From Rhynchopus sp. YZ270_cl-10 (Eukaryota): DNA of 64,000 nt. The notes under the pieces are model-generated. The model worked only from the letters and a program-made list of their open reading frames with translations, ran no database searches and was not told the origin of the DNA. This document shows, piece by piece, positions 36,892 through 48,121 of this stretch. The position numbers and the translations under genes are program-made. Where the stretch lies: NCBI GenBank assembly GCA_964035575.1, contig OZ037839.1:1364001-1428000 (forward strand). Direction: 5' to 3'. The first letter of the stretch is position 1; the number at the start of each line of letters is the position of its first letter.

Positions 36892-37077
36892 GGAGCAGTA
36901 CCATTCCACAAAGCGAGCCATCTGAGTGAGGAAGGTGCGGGTCTTGTACAGCATGGCAACGGCGGTCAAACGGTGTTGAAGGCGTTTTGCGAAAATCTAT
37001 TTTCACTCACTTTGTTGCGTAGTCCCCAGACTGTCGCGGGTCGCTGCCTTGGTGCCTCCTTCTACACCCACCTGGTG
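36892..37077 (-). pseudogene. Reverse transcriptase fragment, CRE/SLACS-clade non-LTR-like
   Basis: Across frameshifts: HQVGVEGGTKAA...VKIDF..NAFNTV.R.AML......MARFVEWY. Confidence 0.6.
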
Positions 37078-37114
37078 TCATTCCGTCAATTCCTTTAAGT
37101 TTCAGTCTTGCGAA
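37073..37114 (-). rRNA. 42 bp fragment of SSU (18S) rRNA, not a gene
   Basis: + strand contains CCGTCAATTCCTTTAAGTTT, the universal 907R/926R primer sequence; - strand reads TTCGCAAGACTGAAACTTAAAGGAATTGACGGAATGACACCA. Confidence 0.75.
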
Positions 37115-37608
37115 TGACCACTCACCCTTTGCAATGAGCTTGCGTTTTTTTTTTTTTTTTTAATATAGCAGAATCAACTACAAAAAAATGCCCACCTCTA
37201 CAGAAATCACAATACACCCCCTATCCACTCCCTCTCCCTCTCCATCCTCACTCCGTCTCCTTTTTTTTAGTATTTTTTTTTTTTTTTTTGCGTTCTAATC
37301 CACCCGTACGGAGGCAGGAGGGGGGCCTGCACCGTGCTGCCTTTACAGACAGACCCGAACTTCAATCAACGCCCCATAGGATCCTCCTCCTCCACCTTAA
37401 CACGAAAGAGCCTCATTCGTCGTGGTTTTTGGAAGAAAAAAAAAAAAAAGAAACAGTTGTGGGGTTTGAGGGGCCGTTAGAGTAGTTGTGCTGGCAGTAG
37501 CGGGGTGTGTGGTGTGGTGCTTGGACCCTATTCTAAAAAAAAAGCAGAACTTAAAAAAAAAAAACACTATTTTTTTTTTTTTGCATCGCCTAGCAGAGCT
37601 TGCAAATC

Positions 37609-39828
37609 ATGGCTGCCATCAAGGCTCCGGCACCGCCTCCACGAAGACGAGGGCATCAGCAAGGACGTGTCCACCCCCCATATGTTCCCCCCCATACTCC
37701 GGAAGAGGAGGTGCTGGATATGAACTCATTGGATATCATGGGGGGGTCGTGCGACAGGGATCGGGATGATCTGTTGGAAAGAAGTAACATAGCTGTGATG
37801 GGGAGTCGGTCGTTTCGGAATATTTCGTTCGTAGACCCTCCGGTGATGCAGCCTGGGCAGGTGGCAGGGTTTCGCGACGGTGTGTTGCAGGACATCCAAA
37901 TGGATACCAGCACCTTCCTTGAGGAGAGTGTCTCCAGCAGCCGTTCTGTAACCGGAAAGTCGGATGACTTCAGCACCATGACGATCGGAATGCGTTCTTT
38001 GCAAAATTTATCCTCGATGGGAAACCGTTCACGCGAAGATGCATCGTTGATGGTCAGCCCAAGAGGCGCTCATCGGTTGGTTCGAACGAGCACCGCAGAT
38101 ATCGAACTGTCAATGACCAGCGGGACTGGATTGAAATCTGAGATCCTAGATCAATCATCCGAGATCAGCCAAACCACAACCTTGGCGAATAACTACAGCT
38201 TCTCTGCGCGAAACATTTCACAAGATGACGAAAGCAATCCCTGCACCCCTACTGATAAGACTGACCGGTTTTCATCGAGGTTCACACCGCACCTGACGTC
38301 TGAGATGAGCAATGTAACGCTTGGTGTGCAGCGGCAGGGGTCCTCCAACTCGGAGCGAGAGCTGAGCTCCATGGGCAGCAGGTCTCCTATTGTGAGCATC
38401 CGCTTTGACGATCAGCAGCAGAATTTGAAACGAACGTCGGCAAGCGGCCCGCCCAAGCAATGGAATGCCCCGAACGGAATGAAACGTACACGTAGCGCCG
38501 TAGGTCCCCCTGCCCGCGCCATCCCGGTAAACCGAGTACAAGACCTGCTGGCCCAAGCAGAGAGCACCTCGAGCTCCTACCATGGGGCCTTGGTAAAGCA
38601 GACCCACAAAAACGACTTCCCGCAGGCACAGCTGGTCGGCAGGCTGCTTGCGTATGCGTTGCACACCTTCCTGCCCTGCCAGCTCTCTGTGAACATCAGT
38701 CTCCTCACGCCCGAAAAATTTCTGATGCTCCACGAAGTTATCACCACGACTCCTCTTATCGCGCATCTCATGGACACCTCGCAGGGGTTCTTCACAGAGG
38801 AAACGCTGATGGAGGTGTTCGTATCTTTGAAGGCAGGGTTGCATGCAGTATTGGAGTCACCCTCAGAGGAGACAACTATGTGGTGCAGTATGGACAGCTC
38901 CGCTGCAGGCAAGCCAGGGAATGAAGACCGGGTGATTGTCGTGCCGAATCTGTATGGGTACTATGGGGTTGAAACCATTGTGTCACCTCCTCCGTTTTTT
39001 GCGTGTGTTTGCGATGGGCATGGAGGATCTGATACGGCAGCGACAGTCAGGGATTTGTTTCCAGCAATTCTTGTGACAGAGTCGCTACAGCCTGGGATCA
39101 ACCTGAAGCAGGCCTTCCGAGGCGCCGTGGCGCAGATGCAGAGTGATTTGGAGAAAGATTTTGAGATCACCAACTCGCAGTCTGGGACTACTCTGTCGGC
39201 GTGTATTGTAGCGTCAGGGATTTTGACTGTAGCGAACCTCGGGGACAGCCATGTTATTGTTGTTAAAAAGAACGGTGCGTGCCGGCGGGTCACCGAACAT
39301 CACCACGTAGAGGTTCAAAAAGAGCGCGACGACATCATCGCCAACGGTGGGGAGGTTTATGAGGTGGGTGGCGTACTGCGTGTCGGTGGGCGCTGCAGGG
39401 TGACGAGGAATTTGGGGTTGATTGGCTGCCCTGTGTTCCATACCCCGCATGTGTCCAGTCATTTTCTCGAGGCGGATGACTATGCTGTTGTGCTCGCGAC
39501 GGACGGTCTGTGGGATGTACTCTCGGATGCGCAAGTTGCCACGCATCTCATGCACGCGCTTGGGAAGGAGGTCGTAGAGAGGGAATGCTCGCTGCGCGAA
39601 AAGAATGTGTCCATGGGGAGCCTGCTCGACGGGAACATCATTGAGTCCTCGATGGCGTCGTCGTTCAGTTCAAGCACCACCACCTCCAGCCACAGGCAGC
39701 CTGTGCCTGTGCCGCTCCGCAACCGAGAGCCCGCACGTCGTGCCGCATCATATCTTATCGACGAAGCAGTCTCTGCAGGCACAAAGGACAATGTGGGTGT
39801 CGTGATCCTCAAGCTGTGCGAGAGATGA
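37609..39828 (+). CDS. PP2C/PPM-family Ser/Thr phosphatase with long disordered N-terminus
   Basis: NEDR, CDGHGG, SGTT, VANLGDS, ATDGLWD and GTKDN motifs. Confidence 0.9.
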   Translation: MAAIKAPAPPPRRRGHQQGRVHPPYVPPHTPEEEVLDMNSLDIMGGSCDRDRDDLLERSNIAVMGSRSFRNISFVDPPVMQPGQVAGFRDGVLQDIQMDTSTFLEESVSSSRSVTGKSDDFSTMTIGMRSLQNLSSMGNRSREDASLMVSPRGAHRLVRTSTADIELSMTSGTGLKSEILDQSSEISQTTTLANNYSFSARNISQDDESNPCTPTDKTDRFSSRFTPHLTSEMSNVTLGVQRQGSSNSERELSSMGSRSPIVSIRFDDQQQNLKRTSASGPPKQWNAPNGMKRTRSAVGPPARAIPVNRVQDLLAQAESTSSSYHGALVKQTHKNDFPQAQLVGRLLAYALHTFLPCQLSVNISLLTPEKFLMLHEVITTTPLIAHLMDTSQGFFTEETLMEVFVSLKAGLHAVLESPSEETTMWCSMDSSAAGKPGNEDRVIVVPNLYGYYGVETIVSPPPFFACVCDGHGGSDTAATVRDLFPAILVTESLQPGINLKQAFRGAVAQMQSDLEKDFEITNSQSGTTLSACIVASGILTVANLGDSHVIVVKKNGACRRVTEHHHVEVQKERDDIIANGGEVYEVGGVLRVGGRCRVTRNLGLIGCPVFHTPHVSSHFLEADDYAVVLATDGLWDVLSDAQVATHLMHALGKEVVERECSLREKNVSMGSLLDGNIIESSMASSFSSSTTTSSHRQPVPVPLRNREPARRAASYLIDEAVSAGTKDNVGVVILKLCER

Positions 39829-40675
39829 CACGGTGAAGTGACTGATATGGTGCTTTTATGTAGATTATTTGCACACTATGTCATAGGGAGTTATCTAAAG
39901 TTCTAGAGGCATAACACGGAGTTTTTTGGGGTGAAAAAGCGAAAATAAATCAAAATAAGGAAGCCCTGGGCCGACGTAAGGCTTAGGTTCATCTTCTGCT
40001 CCCTTTTATTGATAAATATTTTATGTGCTTGAAAGCGCAATAAACCAATCCAGTGATTAGAATCTTGGGCGGTAAGCCCGGAAAGCGCGGGCTTAATTAA
40101 TTTTTCTGGGCCTCACTTAGACGTAGGCTCAACAACAACAACAACAACAAAATAGCCCTGAGCTGTGCCGGAAGGCCCCGTTTCCACAGGGCCCAGCAGC
40201 TTCTGCAGTGTGTGGACGGCCTTCTTACGAAGGGCAGTACCCATTAGTTTGTAGTGCTGCGACCTCGGGAGCTGCTACCCTTTGGGCAGATAGCAAGACC
40301 CCCCTTTTCTTTTTCGGGGGCGTCTTGTGTACATATCAGAGGACATCTTTTAATTCGCTCTTTTCTGTCTGCTTCAATTTATCCGTCGTTTGCTGCTTTG
40401 GAATAATTGAACATATCTGCCCTCGAGCCTCTCCCCAGGTGGTTAAAACAGGTGCAGTTTCCCGTAAAAAAATTTTTTTCCATCTTCCCCGATTTCCTTA
40501 TTCTTGTACCTGAGTTAGCAACAGGTTTGGGTACCAACCTTTTTTTCCTCTTTTCGTTCCTCTAACTTCATAAAGGAATCCTTCAAATTCCCCTGTATGA
40601 CATTGCAGTGATCTGTAGGCCCACATCCGTGCAGATATTTTTTTTTCCAAAAAAAAAAAAAAAAAAAGGCAGCAG

Positions 40676-41176
40676 GAGCGAAGCGAGTGTCATCATAAAA
40701 GTGATGTCACGAGCGATAGAGTGGTATCACGTATTCCAGTTTGTGAATCACCCATCACCGAGTTAAATGATGTTCACTTTAGTGTGGGGATACGTAATTT
40801 TATCTCATGTGTAATAATGTTGTGCTGCGTTTTCGAAGTTCCTACAAGAAAATTTGACCAATGATGGATGACCACGGTGAACAGTCAACTCGAAGTCGTT
40901 GATCTCAAAAACAGCCGTCTGACGAGGAGTGTGCGAGAACCCTTCAAGAAGGGGGAATTGCTGAAGCTTTTCCCTGTTCGTCTGCTGGAACGAACATATG
41001 GGGTATTTGCGCCATATCGAGCTTCTAGCGAGCCCTCTCTCGTGGAGCGTGCTCAAGTCATGCACAAAGTGATTTTCTTGGACTGATGTTGGGGGGGGGT
41101 TTTTTTTGTCGACTCTATTGTAAGACAGAAGGAATTTCGAAAACGCAGCTAAACATTATTACACAAGTGAGATAAA
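40676..41176 (-). mobile_element. Crypton-like non-autonomous element with YR fragment
   Basis: Termini match 24680-24800 and 25380-25683; - strand LHERGLARSSIWRKY...KLQQFPLL...HTPRQTAVFE resembles the Crypton YR N-terminal region. Confidence 0.55.
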
Positions 41177-41747
41177 AGGAAAGAAAGGCAAACCTAGTCC
41201 CAACAAGGCGACTACTGAGGCAATTGTCGACACATCAACAAAAAAAGCACACACAAAATACAAAAAAAAAAAGGGAAGTTTTTTTTTAGTTTTTTTCCCG
41301 GGCCCTACTCACACAGAATTCATGTCCCTATTCGCAATGACCACCGTTCATCTGGCTCACTAAACCACAGTGGATGTGAGACTGCATGGTTGGGGGTCCA
41401 CCCACGGTACAGCCGGTCACTTATACCAAGGTGCACTGTCACGAGCGGGCTGTTGTATACTGTATATTTCAAGTCGACCCCCTTCCCCCCCCTTTTTTTC
41501 CCCCACTTCACTTCGCATATTTTGGTGTGGCTGAAGGGGAGGTGCAATTTTGTGTTATTTTGTGGCCACACACCATATTTTCGATAAAAAAACAAACCGC
41601 TGTTCACCGTTTTAACCCTCTCCTTCAATCCCCTCTCCCCCTTCAATCCCCCCTCCTCCCCTTCTCCCCCAAGAAAACAAAGGGCAAACACAACAAAAAA
41701 ATACTTCATAAACCCACATTCACCCCACCCCCTCTGATTAAGGCAAC

Positions 41748-42683
41748 ATGCTCGCTGCTCTCTCCGTTGCGTGCATATTGAATGCAGTGATGCCGGTCAC
41801 CTTTAACGATGCGGGCAAGGCTGTGTATCTACACAACGCAAGCACCCTGTACTCTCGCGAGTGTGGCGGCGATGTTTGTGTGCTAAGGCATATGTGGTTT
41901 GGGGGGAAGTGGCCGGGCTACAACTACACCCGCCTGCAGATCTACGTAGACAATGAGGAGACAGCGTCGATTGACGCGCGATTCAATGTGTTCCATGGCA
42001 TGGGGTTTGACGATGATTCGCTGGGACCGTGGAGTGCCGGCGCACTCTTCGGCAGGTCAGGCCATCCAAGCGGCATTTTTAATACCTACGAAATTCCCTT
42101 TTACAAAAACATCTCAATCGTTTGCACACCCTACACGACCTACACCCAACCCGCGTACGATGCAAAACGGTTCTGGTGGATCTTCCGTGGGGTCGAACAG
42201 TACACCGGAGGCGACTCAGTAAAGCTTGCAGGGATTGATCTGCCCATAGGCACCCGCCTTCGTCTGTTCTCACAAAACGACAAATTGGTGCAAGCATATG
42301 ACGAGCTCGCCTTCTTCGAGAGCGCGACAGCGGGCACGGCGCTTCTTAACGTACTTTCCGTGACAGGCGCCTCGATCACGTACCTGGAGGGGATGGTGAG
42401 GGGGTACGCATCTGGTGTGGAGTCCTTGCATTCGTCGGGCACGGAGGACTACTTCCTGGGAACGTATTATTTTGATGCGGGGGCGTACCAGAACCCGCTT
42501 GCGGGTGTGACGCATCTGACGCACGACGCAGAGGAGCGCTTCTGTGGCTACCGTGTGCACACAGATGACCCCATTCTCTTCAAGCCAAACTATAGTATGA
42601 CATGGCGCTGTGGAGAGCAGGGGCACTCCGGGAACAGTTCCTGCGTTGCGAGCACAATGGCCTTGGTGTATCAGTGGGAGTAG
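41748..42683 (+). CDS. Secreted DUF2961 (GH172-like) family protein
   Basis: Signal-like N-terminus; LQIYVD.E..ASID, NTYEIPF, SGTEDYFLG.YYF and YRVH..DPILF motifs. Confidence 0.8.
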   Translation: MLAALSVACILNAVMPVTFNDAGKAVYLHNASTLYSRECGGDVCVLRHMWFGGKWPGYNYTRLQIYVDNEETASIDARFNVFHGMGFDDDSLGPWSAGALFGRSGHPSGIFNTYEIPFYKNISIVCTPYTTYTQPAYDAKRFWWIFRGVEQYTGGDSVKLAGIDLPIGTRLRLFSQNDKLVQAYDELAFFESATAGTALLNVLSVTGASITYLEGMVRGYASGVESLHSSGTEDYFLGTYYFDAGAYQNPLAGVTHLTHDAEERFCGYRVHTDDPILFKPNYSMTWRCGEQGHSGNSSCVASTMALVYQWE

Positions 42684-44383
42684 GTGCACTATGGAGGGTT
42701 AAAAAAGACAGTGGAGGCTTGCGGTGACAGCTACACTATTCCAACGATTTTTCAAAAAAAAAGAAAAAAAAAGACATTGCGAGGCACAGATGTGGATGAA
42801 CTGTGTGCGCAAACGCTTTTCAGAGATTTTTTTTTTTATGTGCCTGCCTCCGCCGATGAAACGGTGAGGCGTTTTTTTTTTTGCACTTTCGACTTCTCTT
42901 TTTGTTTCGTTCTCTTACGGTGCGGACCACGTCCCCACCCTTTGCATTGAGCTCGACTGAGATGCGTTTTCAGCGTGTTTCAACCATTCTTTATTTTCAT
43001 TTTCTCTTGGATAGGTGAGCACAGAGAAGCTTACAAACGTTTATTTCTTTTCTATTTCCTGATGATGAAAATACTATTTCCCCCCCCCCGTTTGGTTTTT
43101 GTGTGTAAATGTGTCCTTCCGTGTTCGTGGCCTCAATATGGGGGCACACCAATAGGGGTACGGTGACACGCCACAACAGTGGAGTGAACCGGACCACTGC
43201 GCATTGGGCCACCATAAAAAATAAATAAAAAAAGTTTTGAGGTGATCCAGCGCACACTTTTCCACACTTTTTCACACCGTGAAACCATGTGAAACCAAGT
43301 GAAAATGTGTGAAAAGGCGTGAGACTGGATCACCTCAAAAAGGCACAAAAAAAAAAATCCTCTGTTTTCTTTTTGGGTTATGCTGTGGCTTGTAGATCTA
43401 TTCGCACTGTTTGGGGGGGAAACAAAAGACCCCCAAGCCTGTTCGGCTCAGGAAGTCATGATCCTGAGATCTAGTGATCCCCGTTCGTTGACTGACGAGT
43501 GGAAGCGGGAAGACGTATCAGTGGTTTCCACGAACGTGAACAGGGGAGGGCAGGTCACGTGGATTACTCGTGCGCGGGGGATCCACGTTGTCATAGTAGG
43601 ACAGTGGAGATTGCACAAACTGTGGCAACACAACCGAGGCAACTACACTACTCCAACAATTTATCAAAAAAAAAAGCAAAAAAAAACATAAACTCTATAC
43701 GTCGTACAAAGGCTTCGGCCAACATTGGGTACAAACCTTATTGGCCCCAAGTGGGTTCGTAGGCGATTGTTGACGCAACAAACAAACAAAAAGAGTGCGT
43801 GCTGTGTCCCCATCCGCGTGTTTCCCCACCCCCTCTCCCTTTCTTTTTACGATTACTAAACAAGAACGGCCTCAACAACCTAAGGGTAAGTACTACCAGG
43901 GTGCCCCACTCATGTAATGTAAGACTGCCCTCCCGGGGAAGAAATTGTTCACAAAAGCTGCTCAAGGGTTCAGGAACGAATGACGTCCGTACCTTCCGTA
44001 GTACAAAAGGCTTTTGGCCAACAATGAGTACAAACCCTTTTAGCCCCAAGTGGGTTCTAAGGCGATTTGTCGTACACAACAAAAAAAAAAAGAGAAAAAA
44101 TGAGGCTTTTTTTGGGATCCCCTAAGTGCTTCTCAAGACGGAGTTGTCTTTATTTCCACCACGAAATGGATTGTAGGACTGCATGGTTGAGGGGGTCCCC
44201 AACCAACACCCGGTCCTTTTGTACCAAGGTACACTGTTCACGATCTGTTCTGTTTCTGGGTCAACTCCCTGCCTCCTCTTAGTCATTTTCTCACAAACCC
44301 CCCCCTTTTTCAAAAAAAAAAAAAGCACTAGACGGGACACAGTACTGTCTATTTGCCCCAAAAAAATAGCACACACTCTCTCT

Positions 44384-47112
44384 CACCACGCTGGATGATA
44401 GGGCGATTTGGTAGGTTCACATGATATGTCACATGATAGAATTTATCATGTGAACATATCATGTGACCTATCATATGAACCGGTAAATCCTATCATGTGA
44501 CCTATCATGTGAACCGGTAAATCTATCATGTGAACTATCATGTGGACCGGGAAATATATCATGTGAACTATCATGTGACCTATCATGTCACCTATCATGT
44601 GAACCGGTAAAACTATCATGTGAACTATCATGTGAACCAGGAAATATATCATGTGAAATATCATGTGGCCTATCATGTCACCTATCATGTGAACCGGTAA
44701 AACTATCATGTGAAGTATCATGTGAACCGGCAAATATATCATGTGAAATATCATGTCACATGATATTTCACATGATACAATTATATCATGTTCACATGAT
44801 ATAATTATATCATGTGACATGATATTTCACATGATACAATTATATCATGTGAAATATCATGTCACATGATATAATTATATCATGTGACATGATAGGTGGC
44901 TATCGCCGCCCAGGGAAAGGGACTCTCGAAAATTTTTTTTTGCCCTCTGTAGGGCTAATTTCGACGATTTGAGGCCATTAAAAGCAAAATTTGGCACTTT
45001 TGAGCATCTGTGGGGGTCTAAAACGCGGTTTTGCGTTACGCGATTTTTCATGGATTTTTTACGAAAGACAAGTCGATTTTGGACCAAAAATCGGGCGTGG
45101 TAGGTCATAAAATGACCCAAAAAAATCCAAAGAAAACCTCGCATTGACATGTTCGTGAAAAAACTTGACAAGTCAAAATTTCACCCCCTAAACTTTTAGA
45201 ACCAGAGGTGCGCATCGGTCGAATCAGTGCAGACAAGGTATGGTTTCATCTCCCCCACAAAAAAATATAATTTTCACTAAACATAGGGGTTTTACACTAC
45301 CTTTTGCATCCCTGTCTTTTTACATCCTCAAATTCAGGGGAGCCATTTTTCTTAAAGTCATCAATTAACTTCTTTTCCAAGCGACCATAACTTAATCACA
45401 CCCCACATTTACACTCATCACAGGATCGTGAAATCTGGACTGTATCAACGATTGCGATGATAAGGTTCGGCGCGTCTCCGACATTCAACAACTCACGCGC
45501 GTGCACCCGTATCAATTCTACGGATTGCGGACGAAATTCTGGGGGTGGAAGGGCCGGGTGGGTACCTTTTGTCAGTCACTGCTATAGCCATTAACCAGGG
45601 AGCATAGCTGGTGCAAGAAATTCGACTTTGGAAACCTTCCGGAAAGTCTGTCCTCTGCTTGCGGAGGACGAGGCACAAGAAAATATTGCGTTCCCCCAGA
45701 AAACCAGTGCACATTTCACACTCCTTGTGGGTGGTCTTGTTGCCTTTTTTGTCACAGTAATTTTGGCCCAGGCATGCTCTTGAAGCATGACAATTTAGTG
45801 TGTATGGGGCAGGGTGTTGTTTTGTTCTGAATTCTCTTTGTTATAACATCTAAGTCAATCGCGGGTGGTGGTTTGTGTAGCGTGAGGCACTCTTTTTAAC
45901 AAACTTCCTGCAGTTGCTATGCACTGTTATTTCTTCGGATTTATCATCATACAGCGTAACATAGTGGATTAGCCTGGTCGACACAACCTTTGATAGATAT
46001 GGGATAACCAACCCCCTTCGACCCCTCGTGGGTTCACTGAACAAGCCCTAGTGGTAGTTAAACGCGATTGACATTTACATTCCTAGAGATGAAAGAACAA
46101 GATAACACTTCTGTACCCGCGCATCAAAATTGTGGAAAACTTTGCACCCCAAACACCCTCAACAACGCCCGCCAAAAGGCGCCCCTTGTTGCTGGGACTT
46201 GGTTCTCATTGATACCTGCACAGCAGGAATTCCTCTGAGTCCAACGCAGTTTGGCCTGTCTGCAGTGTTGCACCGAAGGTGTACGAAGACAGGGTCTGGT
46301 GGTAAATTTTGCGTAGTGTCGCATTCCCTCAGGGAAGTTTAAAAATTCTTGAGCTCGGTTTGTTGTGAAAGACATATTCCACCATGTATTGAGGAGGGTA
46401 AGACAGTGTTCGCAGTTTCTACTTGATAGCATTACAACATTTAACTTCTCCACGGGGGTCTTGGGCCGTTCATTCGGTTCTACCTTGACTACCGGAAGAT
46501 ATTCTTGAGGCCTTTTTGGTCTCTAGAATATCCGGTCTTCCCGAACGGAGGCACACTTTGTGTGTTACTACGACCTGGCAATTTCCAGCAGTAGGTTAAG
46601 TAATCTTTCTTGTAAATTGTTGGATCATTATCTCCTCAGTGCATGGTGGAAGACGTCTTTGACAACTAACTGAGCTCACGAATTTTTTCGTGTGTAACTT
46701 ATGGGCCCACATGATCATGTGTATATCATGTGAAATATCATGTGGTATATCATGTGAACCGGGAAGTCTATCATGTGCTACTTAGGTCACATGATAGGTC
46801 ACATGATATACCACATGATAGACCACATGATAGGTCACATGATATATTTCCCGGTTCACATGATAAACCACATGATAGGTCACATGATATGCCACATGAT
46901 ATACCACATGATATTTCACATGATATATTTTCCGGTTCACATGATATACCACATGATAGGTCACATGATATACCACATGATATACCACATGATATTTCAC
47001 ATGATATATTATATCATGTCACATGATAAAATATATCATGTCACATGATATAATTATATCATGTGAAATATCATGTGATTATATCATGTGACCCCTATCA
47101 TCCAGCGTGGTG
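44384..47112. mobile_element. CMC/Chapaev-like element with TATCATGTGA subterminal arrays
   Basis: TIR CACCACGCTGGATGATAGGG; CTCT on both flanks; arrays at 44416-44895 and 46708-47092; carries the piggyBac-like relic. Confidence 0.8.
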
Positions 47113-47254
47113 CTCTTTTCTCTTCCTCCCCCTCCCCCTTCCTCCCCTCTTTTACAACACACAGGAAAACAAAAAGGCGATCCCTCTCCCCTCTACCCCT
47201 TTATCTTTTCATTTGTTCAACGCATCTAATTAAATAAAGATACTCAAAGACAAA

Positions 47255-48121
47255 GTGGCTGCCCCTTCAGCGCTGAGCGAGGAATGCCTCGAGCGACTGA
47301 TTGAAAATGTCGGGGCCATGTGTTTTGGAGACCAGGAGTCTGCCGAGCCGTCGCCCCCGAGGGAGGAGGATCAGGGGGATGCGGGGACAACCTATGTGGC
47401 GGCGCCTGCAGCGCATCCACCACCAATGAGTCAGGAGATCCTCGATTTTCATAAACAAGTATGGCGACGGGGGTCTGAGATGCAATCAATCGAGGTCACC
47501 ACAGCACAGCCCTCCTTCGACGATATCCCTCCCTTCCCCGAAGCCTATACAGAGCTGGAAGAAAGCCCTACAGCTACGACACCTCACGCAGCTACACCAC
47601 CAACCATTCCCCTCGTTGCGTCCACACTTTGTTCTCAAGGTGACGGTGAGTCGCGGGAAGTAAAATGCAAAGGGAACAAAACATTTATAATTCACTCCCG
47701 TCCACCATGTACGCATAACATGTGGTCACTGCAGAGGTGGTTAAATGATCATATGTGTGTGAGGTTGAAGTGCTTTGCTTGTAAGGCGAAGTGGCATACG
47801 CAGTTGACAGCTCATTCGAAGTGTTCAGAGTTTTATTCTGGGAAGTGCAAAGGGGAGTGTGGAAACCCTCACATCTATGCGAGAGGCATCCGCCCCGAAC
47901 AGATTGAGATAGACGTCGATGGCAATGTCGCGAGCTACCAGGTTGCCTCTCTCAGGAAGCAAAAAAAAGCCAAAGGGCGGGCCTCCTCGCTTCCACAGGA
48001 TGGAATAGCTGCAGGGGGAGGGGGAGGGGGAGGAGGGGGAGGGGGAGCAGGCACAACAGGGTTCACCCCGCGGACACCCATAGGGGGAGGGGAGTCACAT
48101 CCACCTCACGCTACGCCGTAG
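47255..48121 (+). CDS. Cys/His zinc-finger protein (C-HN-W...CxxC plus CCCH-like finger); start uncertain (first ATG 47318)
   Basis: PPCTHNMW...LKCFACKAKW...KCSEFYSGKCKGECGNPH. Confidence 0.65.
   Translation: MAAPSALSEECLERLIENVGAMCFGDQESAEPSPPREEDQGDAGTTYVAAPAAHPPPMSQEILDFHKQVWRRGSEMQSIEVTTAQPSFDDIPPFPEAYTELEESPTATTPHAATPPTIPLVASTLCSQGDGESREVKCKGNKTFIIHSRPPCTHNMWSLQRWLNDHMCVRLKCFACKAKWHTQLTAHSKCSEFYSGKCKGECGNPHIYARGIRPEQIEIDVDGNVASYQVASLRKQKKAKGRASSLPQDGIAAGGGGGGGGGGGAGTTGFTPRTPIGGGESHPPHATP

Noticed and set aside
43475..43550. Hammerhead-like CTGACGA-stem-GAAC
   Set aside because: GAAC instead of GAAA, and no credible stem I or cleavage triplet.
44416..47092. CRISPR-like or iteron-like arrays
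   Set aside because: No unique spacers or cas genes; these are subterminal repeats of a TIR element in eukaryotic DNA.
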